Below are positions 56,950 through 64,000 of a stretch of DNA of 64,000 bases, in pieces (positions within the stretch are counted from its first letter, which is position 1; the number at the start of each line of letters is the position of its first letter). A program made the position numbers and the translations under genes. The stretch spans positions 186,001-250,000 of the forward strand of contig JBNJNM010000007.1 in assembly GCA_052426225.1 (NCBI GenBank), given 5' to 3'. The DNA comes from Zancudomyces culisetae HAW-14-8 (Eukaryota > Fungi > Kickxellomycota). The notes beneath the pieces were generated by a model. The model saw nothing but the letters and a program-made list of their open reading frames with translations, was not told where the DNA came from and made no database searches.

Positions 56950-59856
56950 ATGGAAAATGAGAGCACTAGCAAGAATCAACGCACAATAGAAGTGGCGATA
57001 CCAAGCTGTAAGTTTTAGCCTTTTTCTTTCTCTAGATTTTATTTTTTTTGCTTTAAAGATGAATTCGAGAGTAAAGCGTACTTTGGGTGAGACTGTTGAA
57101 TCAGAAACAAGTATAGAGTACCAATAGTAACCATGAAATCTAATTTTGTTGCTTCTATAGTTCGAGCTTTTGGTCAGCTACTCTACCAGGCAATCAAGAG
57201 AGACCAGAAGAGCATGGATAAAAGTTCTAATACGCTTGATATAATCGAATGTATATTTTCAAGGATCGAGGTGATAGCAACTGCGTTCGATTTCGAAAAC
57301 TCTGAAGGTGACTTGTATTGTGAAATTGACAAGGTTTTGCTTGGTTGGATTTATTGTTCGATTTACAGCGAGGTAAAAAAAAAAACATTTTGAAGCTACC
57401 TATATTAACGCCTACAAAAGCCTGAATCTTGTTGATTATTGGACAATAGGGATTTGAACATGCCGTAGAGAAATTGAAAAAGGCAACGCTTAAGGCGATA
57501 GGATTAATGATAAGCAGGAGATTTGAGTCTAAAAACAAGGATATTGCTAAAGTGTTGTTGGTTCTACTGATGGTAACCGAATTTTACATTATATACTTAT
57601 TTACTGTATCTGTACACTCGGTAGTATGGCAAAGTCCATTATACATCGATGAATGTACATACATGTGGTATTGAATCTAAATGGATAGGACTGAAAAATA
57701 TCAATATTATATAATGTTTTTTTCTTATTTTATTTGTTAATGCGTAGAATCCCTCGATAACACAGCTACACGACTCCAACAACGAAGAGGTATTTCCACA
57801 GCTATGTCGGATAATATGCCTACTAAGCGAGCAACAACAGAGATATTTGATGAGAATGATGGCATCCACACCAAATAAGTGGTGGGAGGAGCCAGATAGT
57901 CATAGGATTTTGGCAAGTGAAGTTCTCAAACTCAAAGTGTTCAAGTCTGTAATATCCAAGCATATCGATAAACTTAACAAGATGAAGAATGGTGAGCCAA
58001 GTAGTGTAGGAAAACGAGGTATTGGTGAAATCCAAAGTGCAGAAGAGAGTTCTGAAAGCGATAAGCGTAAAAAGACAAAAGTTTGTACAGGCAGAGAGAA
58101 AGAAGGTAATAAATTGTCGTTCGATGGTGTAAATTTCAAAGGTGAACTATTGGAGTGTGTGTCTTCAGATGGCCCTTCTTTAGACGATGTAGAGACAGAG
58201 AAGGATGGTAATACTGAGCTCACCATTATTCATACTAACTCAGAGCCTGAACAGCCTGAAACTGAGAAAAAAATATCTAAAGAAATGCTTGAAAGGGTCA
58301 ATAAAAGCTTTTTCAATAGTAAAGAGGGAGACTACAGCTCTAGGAAAAAGCGAGGGTCGCATTTTGGATATTTCGTAAACACATTTCAACAGTTTATTAC
58401 CACATATGTTGTCAAACTGGCCAACGCTGCAGGGCTTAGAGCAAACCAACTCGCTAACGAGACAAAGTCGACAAAACAAATAATATGTGCAGCGCTAAAA
58501 ACACCAGCGCTTCTCCAAACAATCCAATGTTTTAACCTTTTGTACAAGTATAACAAAAAATGGTCGCTGGTACCAATTCAGCTTTTCTACAATGAAAAAA
58601 TCAATGAATATATCGAAATCAAGGACGATTTTCCCCAATACAAGATGATGGATGGGTTTTCATTCTGCAATTTTCCATTTTTGTTGAGCCCACTTACAAA
58701 AAGTGAGGTTATAAAACTGGAAAACACAATGCAGATGCGAACCGAACTCCAAGATTCATTTTTTCATGCAATGTTTGTAGGTGTTACATGTCCTTATCTG
58801 CTGTTGGAGGTGCGGAGAGATTGGCTAGTGCGCGACACAATGTGCCAACTTCAGCTCAAGTCGGGAATTGATTTGAAAAAACAGCTAAAAGTGAGGTTTG
58901 TTGGAGAAGAGGGAGTCGACGAAGGAGGCGTTCAAAAGGAGTTTTTCCAGCTTCTTGTGCGGGAGATGTTTGATGAAAAGTATGGGATGTTTAGCTACAA
59001 CTATGATACAAACAACTCGTGGTTTGCATCAAGTATGGCGCACGATTCACCATATTTACACGAAATGAGGCTTATTGGCATGGTTTTGGGATTGTCAGTT
59101 TACAATTCTGTGATTTTGAATATCCATTTTCCCAGCGTTTTGTATAAAAAATTGCTGGGGATTCCTTCAAATTTTAGCGACCTAGCCTCCTTTGATCCTG
59201 ACTTGTACAACTCGTTTTACAAAATTTTGTTTAATTCAACTCCTGAAGAGATCGATGCTATAGAACGATACTTTGAGGTATCCTACACAAATCTCGACCA
59301 GCCAGACATTTACGAGTTGGTACCAAATGGTTCTCAAATCAAATTAACTTATGAAAACAGACGTGAGTTTGTTGAGTTGTACTTAGACTTCTTATTTCAT
59401 AAATCTTGCAAGGAGCAGTTTGAGAGTTTTCAAAAGGGTTTTTTTTCGATATGCCAAAACTCATATGTAATGACATTGCGAGCAGAAGAGCTAGAGCTAC
59501 TGGTCTGCGGCAGCTCTGAGTTGGATTTTGAGGTTTTAGATAAAACTACAGTATATGATGGAGGCTATACCAGGGAAACCAACGTCGTGAAGAACTTTTG
59601 GGACATTGTAAAAGGCTTTTCGGTAGAGTTGAAGAAAAAGCTGTTGTTTTTCACCACTGGAAGCGACAGAGTTCCGATTGGCGGAATGTGTAAACTGCGG
59701 TTTGTAATTGTAAAGAATGGTGTTGATTCCGACAGGCTGCCCACTAGTCATACCTGCTTCAATGCATTGCTTTTACCAGAGTATAAAACGTATCAAAAGT
59801 TAGAAGAACGGCTAACTACTGCCATTAACAATTCTGAAGGTTTTGGCATGATGTAA
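56950..59856 (+). CDS. HECT E3 ubiquitin ligase (HECTD2/UBE3A/Hul4-like); 4 exons (56950-57007, 57161-57372, 57450-57572, 57748-59856), about 833 aa
   Basis: FSFCNFPFLL, LKKQLKVRFVGEEGVDEGGVQKEFF, FTTGSDRVP and LPTSHTCFN (catalytic Cys). The upstream exons join in frame through GT-AG introns but are less certain than the HECT domain. Confidence 0.92.
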
Positions 59857-62530
59857 AAATATCTCCCTCCCTCTCTCCCCCTTCTCTTCCCTTTTTTTTT
59901 TGAACAGAACTTTAAATTTGTTTTCTTTCTCTTAATGTTGCTACTTGCAGTATATGCTATTTGTTTATAGCCATCATGATTTATTTGTCGAAGGACATTC
60001 ATTCTAAATATCTTATCACCATTGTTTTAAATATATCATTTTTGTTACTATTATTTTTTTGTCACATTTTGGTCTAAATGTAATCTAGTGCACTGAAGAT
60101 TTAAATAGCTTTTATACACTGGATGGCGATTGAGTGTGTTGTAGTCCTTAACTTGTACGTAGGCTGTAGTTAGGCATTCTCGATACCATCAACACTACCT
60201 CATAAATCTACACTCTCCTCCCCCCCCCCCCACACACACACAAACTAGATATCTCTTTATGCTTTGTGGTAGGTGGATTGCTTTGTGTCACCTTGTCAAT
60301 GCAACCTAGAAAATAACAATTAAAAAAGTAAAAATAGTACGAGGTTAAATACACAGTCACCAACTTTTGTGCCAAGGGTTTTTGTAACAGAACTGCCATT
60401 TAAATTGGACAGGAGTTCATGTAATATGTCGAGTTTGTTTTGTTGACATGGGACCTGTTGCTTATATATGGTTGGCTAAAGTGGAAGAGAATGGAAGGTG
60501 GGGAGAGAAGAAAACTTCCATTTTGATTGGAAATGTACATTTATGCGGAATTTTATAGCCTGCTCTGATGTACCCCCCACCCAACACTATTTATAGAGTG
60601 CTTTTTCTGTTGTAAATGGATTCCATTGATTACTGTTGTCACACAAGAGTAAGCTAAAATTCAATGTTGTTTATTTTTAGCAAAAGTTTGGTCAAAAAAG
60701 CGATATATCAATGTTTTTATTTGTTGTGTGCGGTTATTGATAAAATCGCTGAAATAGCCTAATTAATTTGTAAATAAATATGTTTTCATCTCCATTTATT
60801 TGTTTATGTTTTTATTTTAGTTGAATGACTCCCATTGTTTTACAAAATTCGGGTCAATTTAATACTAGATTATTACAATCTATCGATTTTTTAAACTTTT
60901 ATTTCCGTTAAATTATATTTTGAATAAAAGGCATATACCAACAAAAAAAATAGTCAAATTTTAAAAAAAGGCCTAAATATTTGCGCTCCTTTAGAGGCTT
61001 TTGGCACAACTGATGTTTAATAAATCCTATTACAATACAAACAACCAAAGTATGGTCATTCGTATCACTGTTACATTGTATTTTTTTTGACGATTCTGTT
61101 GTGTTTTCAATTTATTTAATAAATTTTCCATTGTCTACTGAAAAAAAAACAATCTAAAACCGAGGCTCAGCTGAAAAAATGAAAAAATGAAACATCAAAC
61201 CAACCTTGGCTAACCAATTCCAGTATACTCTACTTTTTTTCATTTTCATTTTCATTTTCACGAACTGATGATTTTTTTTCTACTGCCTTAAGAGTAGTGG
61301 TAGTACATTTCTATTGGCACCCTGCGTTTATATATGTTTAATTAAATAAAAAATTTCAATGGTAATGGTTTGAATACAGGGCTCTAAAATTAAATAAATA
61401 CAATGTGCTTTGTTTTTGTCAAAACTAATTTGCACTTTATCAAGGCTACCCACGAATAAACTATTAATTTTGATTTATCTTCATAGTTCTTTCCTTCAAT
61501 AAAAAAAAACAAAAGAACAGGATATTTAATAAGTATACAGATATTTGACACCTTAAGGTAAGTTTCTGATATTATTCGCTTGATTATAATAGTAAGTTTA
61601 CCGCTTGAGGAGGGGGGGGGGTGGATTGTGCTATCAATGGATGAGGAGATACATATAATATGCTTTTCATTGGCATCCAAATATGTGCACCTTATTATTG
61701 AATGAGTGCCGATACGCTTGTATAGACGAAGAGGGATGCAACCAACGAACGAGAGGTGGATAGTGAAATATATTTGAATGTACTGTGTAAGATCGTTACA
61801 GACTATGGAATTTATGATATTTACGCGATCTTTTGTAAACAAATAATTGGTATTCCTACTGTAAATACCTCACACAATTAAAAGCCTTTTTTGTAATTAA
61901 ATGGCATATGTATATGCCGTCTTATTTCTTTGGCGATATCACATTACTATTTTGACTCGACAAGTTAATTTTGGTTAAATCTTGTGTGTAGGGCTGCAAT
62001 ATTTAAACCAGTGTAATTATTGTGTATGTGTATATTTAATTATTGATTTTGACTTTAAACCTGAAATATTCTTGTTGAGCGGTGATTGAAACAAGAATAA
62101 TGAACTGGGTTGTTACTTTTATTGAAGACGATAATACTACAAAGCATTTAATATATTACTGTGGTTTATAAATCGAATTACAATTATGTTCTGATTTGCA
62201 CATTGTGTGTATATTCACAGTAGTTCAATAATTATGCCTTGTTTTTTGAACAAAAAGAAAGAGAAAATCTAGCAATTATTAATATTAAACTGTCTTGTTT
62301 ACTCTAAACAAGCTTAAATTGCCTAATACACTTTTTTCACCCACAGCTATTCGTTCAACATAAAAAACTATGTTAACTTTAGATTGAAAAGATAATGTCT
62401 GTGTATTTGAATATATATACGTCTTACAACTTTCTATCATCATATAGAACTGATAACAATTTGATTTTGAGGCCGTCTTGTATTTTAAACAAAAGAAAAA
62501 ACTCAAGAAAACACGTCTTGCTTATACTAC

Positions 62531-63845
62531 ATGTCACCATATATTGAGAGTGTTGCTGCAAAGAATTTTGATGCTAAAAGGTATGTAGTTTTCAAAATAG
62601 CAACATATCTGTGTAGTTTCATGATCTTTTACTTTGTATTTCCATTAATACGTAATAGTTGCCGTTTTTTTTGTTACTTTGCCTTTAATTATACACACTT
62701 TAACATATACAACGGCGAAAATGAATCAATTTTGATAATTTTATAGAAAACTTATTGAACTGAGTACAAAAGGCGCAAACTATCAATGTTTTGAGTGCCA
62801 GTATCCTGTAAGTGATTAAATCCTATTGAATTTGCTTTGTATTCGTTTTGATTTCAGAATAGATGGTCTTGTAGAAAATAAAGTTTAAAATATTTCAAAA
62901 TGACTGGTTATACAACTAAATAGAAATCCACACATGTCAATTTGTTTAATGGGACATTTGTATGCTGCACCTGTGCGGTCTTACTGTAAGTACTCTGCAA
63001 TTCCAATGCAAAATCGCAAGAGATTTACTTTTTTATATATTTCTGTTGTAACCAAACGCAGCTAATTTATTATTTTGATAACAGTAGAACAATCTTTTCG
63101 CATAAGGCTAAAGATATAAACAATGATGAGATCAATGAAGAAGATGTTGAAGTATTGAGTAGAGGAGGAAACAAGGTATTTGTTATTTCTTTCTTTTAAG
63201 AATATTCTTTTGTTCAAGAGTTCTGTTTCTCGTTCTCTCTTCTTGATAAAAATTTGTAAGTTCGAAATCAGCAGCTTGTTCATGTTATTAATCTTTGATT
63301 AACTTGTGTAGAAAGCAACAATGGTTTGGTTGAACAAATGGAAGGAGGGATCTCTTCCGTTACACCTTTGCCTATCTAAAGATAGTATGATTCTATATTT
63401 ACGCCTAAAATACGTTGACAAGGTTTGGGCGCTAGACACAAAAATATACGAGAGTAGCCCTGCACCATTTCGAAAACGTACCTCCGTTTCCCCTACTTTT
63501 TCGAAAACTATATCTTCTAAGCCTGAGCAAGTAGGCGAGTATGTTTTGGTACGCGGGTCTTCCCAGAGTCATAACTTGCCCGAAATCAAGAGGGAATCGG
63601 GTATTGTGAAAAAACAAAATGTATTATATTCTGATGTGTTTAGTTTTAAAGAGCCAAGGAGTGACCACCTAGATTCATATGTATACAACGAATCACCTAA
63701 CAACCTTGTACATTTCTCTGAGCACAGCGTTCTTATTGCTGATGACAAACCTACTTCTCGGTTTATATTTAACAAGACTCGAAGGTTTCTTCCCAAACCT
63801 GAAATTCCAGCTGTAATCGAGTATAAAACCACAAAAAGATGGTAA
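62531..63845 (+). CDS. ArfGAP-domain protein (AGFG1/Gts1-like); exons 62531-62580, 62747-62807, 62924-62985, 63085-63175, 63312-63845 (may splice at 63842 and continue beyond the window)
   Basis: Manual splicing gives NYQCFECQYPKSTHVNLFNGTFVCCTCAVLLR, an exact C-x2-C-x16-C-x2-C-x4-R, followed by GGNKKATMVWL and YLRLKYVDKVW. All introns are GT-AG and phase-consistent. Confidence 0.88.
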
Positions 63846-64000
63846 AAATTAAGCATTGGCAAATATATAGAATAGTGTATTTACCACCACTATACCCCTT
63901 TAGAAAATTTAAATTTTGATCAGATGCATCTACTCCATGCTTTAACCATTGTGTTTGTATATAACACCATTAGTATTGTATATCAAAAAAGGAAATAAAT

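Noticed and set aside
54640-59856. Divergent E2-like and HECT E3 genes as a functional ubiquitination module
   Set aside because: The E2-like protein lacks the catalytic Cys and resembles AKTIP/FTS, a trafficking protein. Adjacency alone is not evidence of partnership.
61390-61842. 150-aa minus-strand ORF
   Set aside because: Non-ATG start, no motif and composition typical of AT-rich intergenic DNA.

Overview
AT-rich eukaryotic nuclear DNA from a fungus: short GT-AG introns, standard genetic code, and fungal genes such as MMM1, YPP1 and KCS1. An early-diverging lineage, possibly Kickxellomycotina/Harpellales-like, is my inference and is not verified. I support 17 protein-coding genes. In order: CPSF100/CFT2 (truncated at the left edge, with a 1-nt frameshift), KCS1-type inositol polyphosphate kinase, mitochondrial TyrRS, an orphan acidic protein with 34 octapeptide repeats, two convergent dissimilar homeodomain genes, POP4, MMM1, YPP1/TTC7, CEM1/OXSM, a secreted metallophosphoesterase with a bacterial-looking C-terminal module, L-threonine 3-dehydrogenase, a CTK1/CDK12-like kinase, GPI13/PIGO, an AKTIP/FTS-like E2 variant, a HECT E3 ligase and an ArfGAP. 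Several are spliced and were rebuilt by hand because the ORF track misses or fragments them. The best candidate for an undescribed system is the adjacent atypical (HD1/alpha2-like) plus canonical (HD2/a1-like) homeodomain pair, which may be a homeodomain mating-type-like locus. Other leads are a tRNA-shaped non-tRNA cloverleaf upstream of the RNase P subunit gene POP4 and a NAGNAG acceptor whose alternative use would delete exactly the ArfGAP catalytic arginine. No rRNA, canonical tRNA, CRISPR array or recognisable transposon was seen.
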